Shown piece after piece: positions 8,216 through 15,802 of a DNA stretch of 17,963 nucleotides (position 1 is the stretch's first letter; each line of letters opens with the position of its first letter). The DNA comes from a bacterium (GTDB lineage: Bacteria; Eisenbacteria; RBG-16-71-46), in the NCBI GenBank assembly GCA_043779265.1, contig JAYWEM010000145.1:1-17963 (forward strand), read 5' to 3'. A model generated the notes under the pieces. It searched no databases and was not told the DNA's origin. It was given only the letters and a program-made list of their open reading frames with translations. Made by a program: the position numbers and the translations under genes.

Positions 8216-8779
8216 ATGGCAGGTCCCATGCGCGACCGCGATCGTCGTCCGCCCCGAGACTCGGACCAGGCACGTCCGGAGTTCCAGGAGCGGGTCATCC
8301 AGGTGAACCGCTGCGCCAAGGTGGTCAAGGGCGGCCGCCGTTTCTCCTTCAACGCCATCGTTGCGATGGGCGATCAGAAGGGGCGTGTCGGCGTCGGTCT
8401 CGGCAAGGCCAATGAGGTCGCTGACGCGATCCGCAAGGCCGGCGAGGCCGCGAAGAAGAGCATGTTCGTAGTGCCGCTCACCAAGAGCGGTTCGATTCCG
8501 CACTACATCGTCGGCCACTTCGGCGCCGGTGAGGTGATGCTCAAGCCGGCTTCGCCCGGTACGGGTGTCATCGCGGGCGGCGGCGTGCGTGCGATCCTCG
8601 AGGTGGCGGGCATTCAGAATGTGCTCACCAAGTGCCTCGGTTCGCGTAACGCCCACAACCTGGTCAAGGCCACCGTTGACGGACTCCAGCGCCTCCGCCG
8701 TCCTTCGGACATCGCGGCCATGCGCGGATTCACCGTCGAGGAGATCTTCGGCCGCAGGGGACCGACCCATGGCGCGTAA
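8216..8779 (+). CDS. rpsE: 30S ribosomal protein S5 (uS5)
   Basis: 187 aa; [39 protein letters not shown] upstream. Confidence 0.99.
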   Translation: MAGPMRDRDRRPPRDSDQARPEFQERVIQVNRCAKVVKGGRRFSFNAIVAMGDQKGRVGVGLGKANEVADAIRKAGEAAKKSMFVVPLTKSGSIPHYIVGHFGAGEVMLKPASPGTGVIAGGGVRAILEVAGIQNVLTKCLGSRNAHNLVKATVDGLQRLRRPSDIAAMRGFTVEEIFGRRGPTHGA

Positions 8780-8954
8780 GCTTCGCATCACGCTGACCAA
8801 GAGTGCCAGCGGCCATCCCGCCGACCAGAAGGCGACAGTGACCGCACTCGGCATTCGCCGGATGCACCGCAGCGTGGAACTCAACGACACCCCCCAGATC
8901 CGGGGCATGGTCTTCAAAGTCCGCCACCTCGTTCAGGTGGTGGAGATCCAGTAG
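8769..8954 (+). CDS. rpmD: 50S ribosomal protein L30 (uL30)
   Basis: 61 aa from ATG 8769 (the 3' part of track ORF 8565..8954): [12 protein letters not shown]...TVTALG...[16 protein letters not shown]. Overlaps rpsE by 11 nt. Confidence 0.97.
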   Translation: MARKLRITLTKSASGHPADQKATVTALGIRRMHRSVELNDTPQIRGMVFKVRHLVQVVEIQ

Positions 8955-8962
8955 GTGACCTC

Positions 8963-9412
8963 ATGAGAATCGGTGATCTGAATCCGGCCGCGGGCTCGAC
9001 TCGCGATAAGAAGCGTCGCGGCAAGGGTGCGGCAACAGGTCTTGGCGGCACGTCCGGCAAGGGCCACAAGGGGAAGAAGGCGCGTTCGGGTGGCAAGATC
9101 CCAGCCTGGTTCGAGGGCGGTCAGATGCCCATCCAGCGGCGTCTGCCCAAGCGTGGTTTCACGAACTACACGCGTGTCGAGTATCAGGTGTTCAACGTCG
9201 GCGGGCTGGCGAACGTCGCGGCGGGCACGGTGATCGACGCTGCCTGGTTGCGCGAGCAGGGCATCGTCCGCCGTCGCGGACCCATCAAGATGCTGGCGAG
9301 TGGTGAAGTGACGGTCGCACTGACCATCCAGGTGGACGCGGTGAGCGACGCGGCACGCAAGGCCATCGAAGCGGCCGGCGGATCCGTGCAGACCCCCCAA
9401 CCGAAGGCCTGA
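8963..9412 (+). CDS. rplO: 50S ribosomal protein L15 (uL15)
   Basis: 149 aa; GKGHKGKKARSG, FEGGQMPIQRRLPKRGF, AIEAAGG. Confidence 0.99.
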   Translation: MRIGDLNPAAGSTRDKKRRGKGAATGLGGTSGKGHKGKKARSGGKIPAWFEGGQMPIQRRLPKRGFTNYTRVEYQVFNVGGLANVAAGTVIDAAWLREQGIVRRRGPIKMLASGEVTVALTIQVDAVSDAARKAIEAAGGSVQTPQPKA

Positions 9413-9419
9413 CTGAACC

Positions 9420-10739
9420 ATGCTCGAGAAGCTGCGTAACATCTTCCAGGTGCCCGAACTTCGCCGGCGCGTGCTGTTCACGCTGGCGATGTTCATCGTG
9501 TACCGCATGGGCGAGCATCTCCCGACGCCGGGAGTGAACGCGCAGGCACTGACCAGCGCATTCCGTGGTCAGGCCAACACGCTGTTCGGCCTCTACGACA
9601 TGTTCGTGGGAGGCGCCTTCTCGCGCGCCACGATCTTCGCGCTCGGGATCATGCCGTACATCTCCGCCTCGATCATCTTCCAGCTCCTCGGCGCGGTTGT
9701 TCCCTCGCTCGAGAAGCTGCGCAAGGAGGGCGAGGAGGGTCAGAAGAAGATCACGCAGTACACGCGCTACGCGACGGTGCTGCTCGCGATCCTCCAGTCG
9801 TACGCCTACGCCATGTTCCTCGAGAGCCTCGGGCGCTCGCAGGGACTGTCCGTGGTCCCGGATGCGGGTCCGCTGTTCTTCCTCTCGACCATGGTCACAC
9901 AGACGGCAGGTACGATCTTCGTGATGTGGCTGGGTGAGAAGATCACCGAGTTCGGCATCGGTAACGGCATCTCGCTCATCATCTTCGTCAATATCATCGG
10001 CGCGTTCCCGAACAGCATCGCGCAGACGATCGACAGCTTCCGCGCCGGCAATCTCCCGGTGATCTCGGTTCTGGCCCTGCTCGCAACGCTGGTGCTGGTC
10101 ACGGCATCCGTCGTCATGATGACCCAGGGTGTCCGCAAGATCCCGGTGCAGTATCCGAATCGAACGGTCGGTCGAAAGCAGTTCGCGGGGCAGAGCACGC
10201 ACATTCCGCTTCGCGTCAACACCGCAGGCGTGATCCCGATCATCTTCGCCTCGAGCCTCATGATCCTGCCGGCGACCATGGCGGGGTTCTTCCCGCCCGA
10301 TCATCCGGCTCAGGCCGTGGTCGCGTGGTTCAATCCCAATGGGATCCTCTACAACGTGCTGTACGGCGCGATCATCATCTTCTTCACGTACTTCTATACC
10401 GCGGTGGTCCTGAATCCGAACGACCTCGCGGAGAACATGCGCAAGCACAACGGCTTCATCCCGGGCATTCGGCCGGGCCGCAAGACAGCGGAGTTCATCG
10501 ATCGAGTCCTCGGACGCATCACGCTCCCGGGTGCCGTGTTCCTCGCCCTCGTCGCGGTCCTCCCCGACTCCTTCATCATGTGGCTCGGTGTGCCCGCCCT
10601 TGGATTCGGTGGCACGAGCGTCCTCATCGTCGTCGGCGTCGCCCTCGACACGCTGCAGCAGATCGAATCGCATCTGCTCATGCGGCATTACGAGGGCTTC
10701 GTGAAGAAAGGCCGCATTCGCGGACGGGCGAGGATGTAA
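9420..10739 (+). CDS. secY: Preprotein translocase subunit SecY
   Basis: 439 aa with multiple hydrophobic segments; FALGIMPYISASII, MWLGEKITEFGIGNGISLII, GVIPIIFA, FIPGIRPG, FGGTSVLIVVGV. Confidence 0.99.
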   Translation: MLEKLRNIFQVPELRRRVLFTLAMFIVYRMGEHLPTPGVNAQALTSAFRGQANTLFGLYDMFVGGAFSRATIFALGIMPYISASIIFQLLGAVVPSLEKLRKEGEEGQKKITQYTRYATVLLAILQSYAYAMFLESLGRSQGLSVVPDAGPLFFLSTMVTQTAGTIFVMWLGEKITEFGIGNGISLIIFVNIIGAFPNSIAQTIDSFRAGNLPVISVLALLATLVLVTASVVMMTQGVRKIPVQYPNRTVGRKQFAGQSTHIPLRVNTAGVIPIIFASSLMILPATMAGFFPPDHPAQAVVAWFNPNGILYNVLYGAIIIFFTYFYTAVVLNPNDLAENMRKHNGFIPGIRPGRKTAEFIDRVLGRITLPGAVFLALVAVLPDSFIMWLGVPALGFGGTSVLIVVGVALDTLQQIESHLLMRHYEGFVKKGRIRGRARM

Positions 10740-10741
10740 CG

Positions 10742-11305
10742 ATGCGTCTCGTCTTTCTCGGCCCACCTGGCGTGGGCAAGGGCACTCAGGGTCTCCGCCT
10801 CGCAGAGGCGAACGGTTGGCCGCTCATCTCGACAGGGGACATCCTGCGAGAGGCCGTGACTCAGGGAACGCCGCTCGGTCGAGAGGCCAAGGCACTGATG
10901 GATCAGGGTTCTCTTGTCTCGGATGACGTGATGATCGGGCTCGTCCGGGAGCGAACGGCTGAACCGGATGCACAGAAGGGCTTCATTCTGGATGGTTTTC
11001 CGCGCACAGTGACTCAGGCGGACGCCCTTGCGGGCATCCTGAGGGAGCGCGGGCAGGTGCTTGACGTAGTGCTGTCATTGGCAGCTCCAGCGGATGAAGT
11101 CGTCCGCCGGATGCTGGCTCGGGGGCGCTCCGACGACACCGAAGCGACGGCGAGGCGGCGGCTGGTGGTCTACGACGAGCAGACTGCCCCTCTCATCGAG
11201 TATTATCGCAGGCTCGGCCAGCTGCGTGAGGTGGACGGTCTCGGGACGATGGACGCGGTGCACGAAGGACTCTGTCGAGTGCTTCGCGGCTCCGCTTCCG
11301 CCTGA
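10742..11305 (+). CDS. adk: Adenylate kinase, short (LID-truncated) form
   Basis: 187 aa from ATG 10742 (the 3' part of track ORF 10325..11305); P-loop GPPGVGKGTQ, ISTGDILR, FILDGFPRT; the LID is reduced to RMLARGRSDD. Confidence 0.97.
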   Translation: MRLVFLGPPGVGKGTQGLRLAEANGWPLISTGDILREAVTQGTPLGREAKALMDQGSLVSDDVMIGLVRERTAEPDAQKGFILDGFPRTVTQADALAGILRERGQVLDVVLSLAAPADEVVRRMLARGRSDDTEATARRRLVVYDEQTAPLIEYYRRLGQLREVDGLGTMDAVHEGLCRVLRGSASA

Positions 11306-11317
11306 GGCGGCGGCACG

Positions 11318-12088
11318 ATGGTCTACACGAGGACGAGAGATCAGATCGAGGGGATCCGAGTGGCGGCGCAACTCGTCGCGCGGACGCTGGAGGAACTGGG
11401 CCGAAGGGTCCGACCCGGTGTCACGACGGCGGAGTTGGATCAGCTCGCGGAGACCATCATCCGGGATCATGGCGCGAGGCCCGCGTTCAAGGGCTACCGC
11501 GGCTTCCCAGCTTCGATCTGTCCATCGGTGAATGAAGAAGTGGTCCACGGTATTCCCGGTCCGCGCATTCTGCGCGAAGGGGAGATCGTCGGGATCGATG
11601 TCGGAGTGGAGAAGGACGGTTGGTACGGCGACGCAGCGCGCACCTTCGCGGTGGGCGACGTGAGCGACGAGGCCACACGACTCCTGAAGGTGACAAGCGA
11701 AGCGCTCGACTTGGGCGTTGCGCAAGCTCGCGCGGGCAACCGTGTGGGCGACATCTCGCACGCGGTGCAGTCCCACGTCGAAGCGCAGGGTTTCTCGATC
11801 GTGCGCGCACTCGTGGGTCATGGCATCGGACGCGAGATGCATGAGGAACCGGCGGTCCCGAACTTCGGGCCTCCGGGACGAGGACCCAGGTTGATGGCCG
11901 GAACAGTTCTGGCGATCGAACCGATGGTCAACGTCGGCGGAGCCGAGGTCGTGACGCGGCCCGATGGTTGGACGGTGGCGACGAAGGATGGGCGGCTCTC
12001 CGCTCACTTCGAACACACCGTGGCTGTGGGTCCGGATGGTCCCGAGGTTCTCTCGGTGCTACCTGCCGGACAGGAATCGAAGAGGTAG
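11318..12088 (+). CDS. map: Type I methionine aminopeptidase
   Basis: 256 aa; SVNEEVVHGIPG and metal-ligand motifs IDVG, GDAART, GHGIG, IEPM, AHFEHT. Confidence 0.99.
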   Translation: MVYTRTRDQIEGIRVAAQLVARTLEELGRRVRPGVTTAELDQLAETIIRDHGARPAFKGYRGFPASICPSVNEEVVHGIPGPRILREGEIVGIDVGVEKDGWYGDAARTFAVGDVSDEATRLLKVTSEALDLGVAQARAGNRVGDISHAVQSHVEAQGFSIVRALVGHGIGREMHEEPAVPNFGPPGRGPRLMAGTVLAIEPMVNVGGAEVVTRPDGWTVATKDGRLSAHFEHTVAVGPDGPEVLSVLPAGQESKR

Positions 12089-12091
12089 CGA

Positions 12092-12310
12092 TTGGCGAAG
12101 GAAGAAGGCATCCAATTCGAGGGCACGGTCGTCGAAGCGCTCCCGAACGCGACCTTCCGCGTGGAGTTGGAGAACGGCCACAAGTTGCTCGCCCATATCT
12201 CGGGCAAGATGCGGATGCATTTCATCAAGATCCTCCCAGGCGACAAGGTGACCGTGGAGCTCTCGCCCTACGACCTGACGCGTGGCCGGATCACCTACCG
12301 TTACAAGTGA
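12092..12310 (+). CDS. infA: Translation initiation factor IF-1
   Basis: 72 aa, TTG start with GAGGT at 12082-12086; [41 protein letters not shown]. Confidence 0.99.
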   Translation: MAKEEGIQFEGTVVEALPNATFRVELENGHKLLAHISGKMRMHFIKILPGDKVTVELSPYDLTRGRITYRYK

Positions 12311-12324
12311 GAGTCGAACACCTG

Positions 12325-12426
12325 CGGAGCAGCGCGGTCGACGCGCATTCCGTCATCGAGCGGCAGGCCCTGGGCCTCCGCGCAGTCGGTGCCCGAACGG
12401 CGGTTCCGTCGTCCGGCGCCATGGAG
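12325..12426 (+). promoter_or_regulatory. Structured infA-rpmJ spacer: three tandem hairpins followed by the rpmJ SD
   Basis: Hairpins at 12325-12352, 12360-12381 and 12388-12420; GGAG at 12423-12426. Function unknown. Confidence 0.4.
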
Positions 12427-12434
12427 AGAAGCTC

Positions 12435-12551
12435 ATGAAGGTCCGTGCATCGGTGAAGAAGATCTGCGAGCACTGCAAGGTGGTGCGTCGCAAGGGTGTC
12501 ATCCGCGTGATCTGCAGCCGCAACCCGCGGCATAAGCAGCGTCAGGGCTGA
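12435..12551 (+). CDS. rpmJ: 50S ribosomal protein L36 (bL36), zinc-binding type
   Basis: 38 aa from ATG 12435: [38 protein letters not shown], with the CxxC...C...H motif. Confidence 0.99.
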   Translation: MKVRASVKKICEHCKVVRRKGVIRVICSRNPRHKQRQG

Positions 12552-12562
12552 GGGGGACGACG

Positions 12563-12952
12563 ATGGCTCGTATCGCTGGTATCGACCTCCCGTCCGAGAA
12601 GCGGATCGAGGTCGCACTGACATACATCTTCGGTATCGGCCCTGCTATCGCGAAGAAGATCATCGCGAAGACGGGCGTGAACCCGGACACTCGGGTGAAG
12701 CAGCTCAGCGATGAGGATGCCGGCAAGCTGCGCGGCATCATCGAGCGTGAGCACAAGGTCGAGGGCGCTCTGCGTTCCGAGACCGCGATGAACATCAAGC
12801 GGCTCATGGATATCGGCGCCTATCGCGGACTGCGTCATCGCCGCGGTCTGCCGGTGCATGGGCAGCGCACCAAGACGAACGCCCGGACCCGCAAGGGCCC
12901 GAAGAAGATGGCGGTCGCCAGCAGGAAGGCGAAGGCCGGTAAGAAGGGTTGA
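12563..12952 (+). CDS. rpsM: 30S ribosomal protein S13 (uS13)
   Basis: 129 aa; [44 protein letters not shown]. Confidence 0.99.
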   Translation: MARIAGIDLPSEKRIEVALTYIFGIGPAIAKKIIAKTGVNPDTRVKQLSDEDAGKLRGIIEREHKVEGALRSETAMNIKRLMDIGAYRGLRHRRGLPVHGQRTKTNARTRKGPKKMAVASRKAKAGKKG

Positions 12953-13012
12953 TCCTCGGCGCTCCGGTGAACCTGGGGCTCTCCGACGGGTACCTTTTCA
13001 GGAGGTTCTGCA

Positions 13013-13399
13013 GTGGCTGATGCGAAGAAGAGCAAGAAGCGCGATCGCAAGGTGGGCACCAACGGTGTGGCCCACGTGCATGCGAGCTTCAACAACACGA
13101 TCGTGACGATCACCGATCAGGACGGCAACACCGTCTCCTGGTCGAGTGCCGGGAAGGTCGGCTTCAAGGGTTCGCGCAAGAGCACGCCGTTCGCCGCTCA
13201 GGTGGCAGCGGAGGCTTCTGCGCGCGAAGCCATCAACATGGGCCTGCGCCGCGTCGAGGCGTGGGTCAAGGGTCCTGGTGCAGGCCGCGAAGCTGCGATT
13301 CGCGCCATGCAGGCAGCGGGTCTCGAGATCTCGGCAATCAAAGACGTCACCCCCATCCCGCACAACGGTTGCCGCCCTCCCAAGCGGCGGCGCGTCTAG
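13013..13399 (+). CDS. rpsK: 30S ribosomal protein S11 (uS11)
   Basis: 128 aa, GTG start with AGGAGGT upstream; [44 protein letters not shown]. Confidence 0.99.
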   Translation: MADAKKSKKRDRKVGTNGVAHVHASFNNTIVTITDQDGNTVSWSSAGKVGFKGSRKSTPFAAQVAAEASAREAINMGLRRVEAWVKGPGAGREAAIRAMQAAGLEISAIKDVTPIPHNGCRPPKRRRV

Positions 13400-13408
13400 G
13401 AGGATCGC

Positions 13409-14038
13409 ATGGCGGTCTATCATGACGCACGATGCCGGCTGTGCCGGCGCGAGGGCATGAAGCTCTTCCTCAAGGGCGCTCGCTGCTTCTCGGATAAGTG
13501 CGCATTCGAACGTCGCGGCTACGCGCCCGGCGAGCATGGCAAGAGTCGTCGTACCAAGGAGACCAACTACGGACTCCAGCTTCGTGAGAAGCAGAAGGCC
13601 CGCCGTATCTACGGGCTCCTCGAGGCGCAGTTTCGTCACTTCTTCGCCAAAGCGAGCACGTCGAAGGGCGTCACGGGCGAGGTGCTGCTCCAGATGCTCG
13701 AGCGTCGCCTCGACAACGTCGTGTTCCGTCTCGGATTCGCTCCGTCGCGAAGTGCGGCCCGTCAGCTGGTGCGTCACCGTCACTTCTACGTGAACGGCCG
13801 CACAGTCGACATCCCGTCATTCCAGGTGCGCGTCGGCGACGAGATCACGGTGCGCGACAAGTCCAAAGAAATGATCGTCTTCAAGTCATCGCTCGAAGCC
13901 CGAAAGGGTCAGGGCGTGCCCGATTGGATGGAGATCAATGCCGACCGCCTCGCGGGCCGCATCCTCCACATCCCGTCGCGCGCCTCGATCGGCGTGCCGA
14001 TCAACGAGCAGCTGATCATCGAGCTTTACTCGAAGTGA
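13409..14038 (+). CDS. rpsD: 30S ribosomal protein S4 (uS4), four-Cys type
   Basis: 209 aa; [52 protein letters not shown]. Confidence 0.99.
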   Translation: MAVYHDARCRLCRREGMKLFLKGARCFSDKCAFERRGYAPGEHGKSRRTKETNYGLQLREKQKARRIYGLLEAQFRHFFAKASTSKGVTGEVLLQMLERRLDNVVFRLGFAPSRSAARQLVRHRHFYVNGRTVDIPSFQVRVGDEITVRDKSKEMIVFKSSLEARKGQGVPDWMEINADRLAGRILHIPSRASIGVPINEQLIIELYSK

Positions 14039-14069
14039 CCGTGGACCGCTCCCACAGGGAGGCATGCTG

Positions 14070-15065
14070 ATGAAGTGGAAGAATCTGGAGATTCCGAAGT
14101 TGCTCGCGGCTGACACGAACAATGGCGACCGCTACGGCAAGTTCACCTTCGAGCCGCTCGAGCGCGGATTCGGAGTGACGTTGGGCAATGCCCTGCGTCG
14201 CGTGCTGCTCTCGTCGCTCCAGGGCGCTGCCATCACGGCGGTGCGGATCGATGGCGTGCTGCACGAGTTCTCGACGCTTCCGGGCGTCATCGAGGACGTC
14301 ACGGAGATCGTGCTGAACCTGAAGCAGGTGCGCCTCAAGCTGCACGGCGACGGCCCGATGAAGGGCATCTTCGAGTCGCGGGGCAAGGGTGAGGTGCGAG
14401 CGGCTGACCTGAAGGTCAGCACGGATGTGCACGTGCTGAACCCCGATCTTCCGATCGCCTCGCTCAATCGCGACGGCGACCTCCGCATGGAGGTGGAGAT
14501 CAACTCGGGCCGCGGCTACGTGTCCGCGGACCAGCACTCGGCGCAGGACCGTCCGATCGGCGTCATTCCGATCGACTCCCTGTTCTCGCCCGTGACGAAG
14601 GTCAACTACACGGTCGAGGCGACCCGCAAGGGTCAGCGCGTCGACTACGACAAGCTGACGATCGAAGTGTGGACGGACGGCAGCATCCTGCCGGCCGACG
14701 CCGTCGCGATGGCGGCCAAGATCCTCACGGACCACCTCAAGCCGCTGATCCAGTTCCAGGAGGAGCCGGAGCAGGAGGTCGAGGCAGCCGCGGATCCCGA
14801 GATCGATCGGGTGACCAAGATGCTCGGGAAGAGCGTCGAGGAGTTGGAGCTTTCCGTGCGCTCGAGCAACTGTCTGCGCGCGGCCGAGATCAAGACCATC
14901 GGCGAACTGGTCACCAAGAGCGAGCCGGAGATGCTGAAGTTCCGCAACTTCGGGCGTAAGTCGCTCAAAGAGATCGAGGACATCCTCGGAGAGATGGGGC
15001 TGTCGTTCGGAATGGACCTGAGCCGTTTCACCATGGACAAGAGCGCGGTTCGGGCAGACGCCTGA
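14070..15065 (+). CDS. rpoA: DNA-directed RNA polymerase subunit alpha
   Basis: EPLERGFGVTLGNALRRVLLSS, LHEFSTLPGVIEDV, GRGYV, and CTD LELSVRSSNCL...NFGRKSL. GGAGG 14058-14062 is 7 nt from ATG 14070 but only 1 nt from ATG 14064, so 14070 is preferred. Confidence 0.98.
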   Translation: MKWKNLEIPKLLAADTNNGDRYGKFTFEPLERGFGVTLGNALRRVLLSSLQGAAITAVRIDGVLHEFSTLPGVIEDVTEIVLNLKQVRLKLHGDGPMKGIFESRGKGEVRAADLKVSTDVHVLNPDLPIASLNRDGDLRMEVEINSGRGYVSADQHSAQDRPIGVIPIDSLFSPVTKVNYTVEATRKGQRVDYDKLTIEVWTDGSILPADAVAMAAKILTDHLKPLIQFQEEPEQEVEAAADPEIDRVTKMLGKSVEELELSVRSSNCLRAAEIKTIGELVTKSEPEMLKFRNFGRKSLKEIEDILGEMGLSFGMDLSRFTMDKSAVRADA

Positions 15066-15125
15066 TCGATGGCGCCGGGCGAGTGGGCCATGCGCCCGCG
15101 GCGCTCAGGAAGAGGATGAGCTGAC

Positions 15126-15710
15126 ATGCGACACAACCGAGACCACCGACGGCTTGGGCGCAAAGCTGAGCACCGTCGCGCCCTGTTGCGTAATCTGGTC
15201 ACGGCGCTGTTCCAGTACGAGCGCATCGAGACCACCGTGGCGAAGGCCAAAGAGACGCGTCGTTACGCCGAGCGGATGATCACGTTCGGCAAGAAGGGCG
15301 ATCTCGCGGCACGACGTCATGTGGCGAAATTCGTGAACCGTCCGGAGATCGTGGGCAAGCTGTTCGACACGATCGCGCCGTGGTACACGGAGCGCCAGGG
15401 TGGCTACACCCGGATCATCCGGATCGGGCGCCGTCTGGGCGACGCGGGCGAGATCGCGTACCTCGAGCTCGTGAAGTCCGAGGAGCAGCGCGAGAGCGAG
15501 CGTCAGGCGCGCATGGCAGCAGCTGAGGCCAAGGCGCTGGCGAAGACCGTGGCCTCGGGCAAGGCCGAGAAGAAGGCCAAGGAGGTTGCCGTCGAGGATG
15601 ACGCGGCCACCGAGGACAAGCCGAAGCGCGGCCGCAAGAAGCAGGGCGGCGGAGCGGACGGTGGCACCAAGACGACTCGTCGCACGACCCGCCGCAAGGT
15701 CGGGGCCTGA
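15126..15710 (+). CDS. rplQ: 50S ribosomal protein L17 (bL17) with long C-terminal extension
   Basis: 194 aa; MRH, RIETTVAKAKE, GGYTRIIRIGRRLGD, ELV at about residue 116, then a charged tail. Confidence 0.99.
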   Translation: MRHNRDHRRLGRKAEHRRALLRNLVTALFQYERIETTVAKAKETRRYAERMITFGKKGDLAARRHVAKFVNRPEIVGKLFDTIAPWYTERQGGYTRIIRIGRRLGDAGEIAYLELVKSEEQRESERQARMAAAEAKALAKTVASGKAEKKAKEVAVEDDAATEDKPKRGRKKQGGGADGGTKTTRRTTRRKVGA

Positions 15711-15751
15711 AGTCGAGCGACGGACCGGCCGATACCAGCCGGTGAAGGGCA

Positions 15752-15788
15752 GCGGGCGGGAGGGCCACCTCCCGCCCGCGTTCATTTT
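15752..15788 (+). terminator. Rho-independent terminator after rplQ
   Basis: Perfect 12-bp inverted repeat GCGGGCGGGAGG (15752-15763), loop GCCA, CCTCCCGCCCGC (15768-15779), followed by GTTCATTTT. Confidence 0.8.
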
Positions 15789-15802
15789 GGAGGGAAACGC
15801 CT

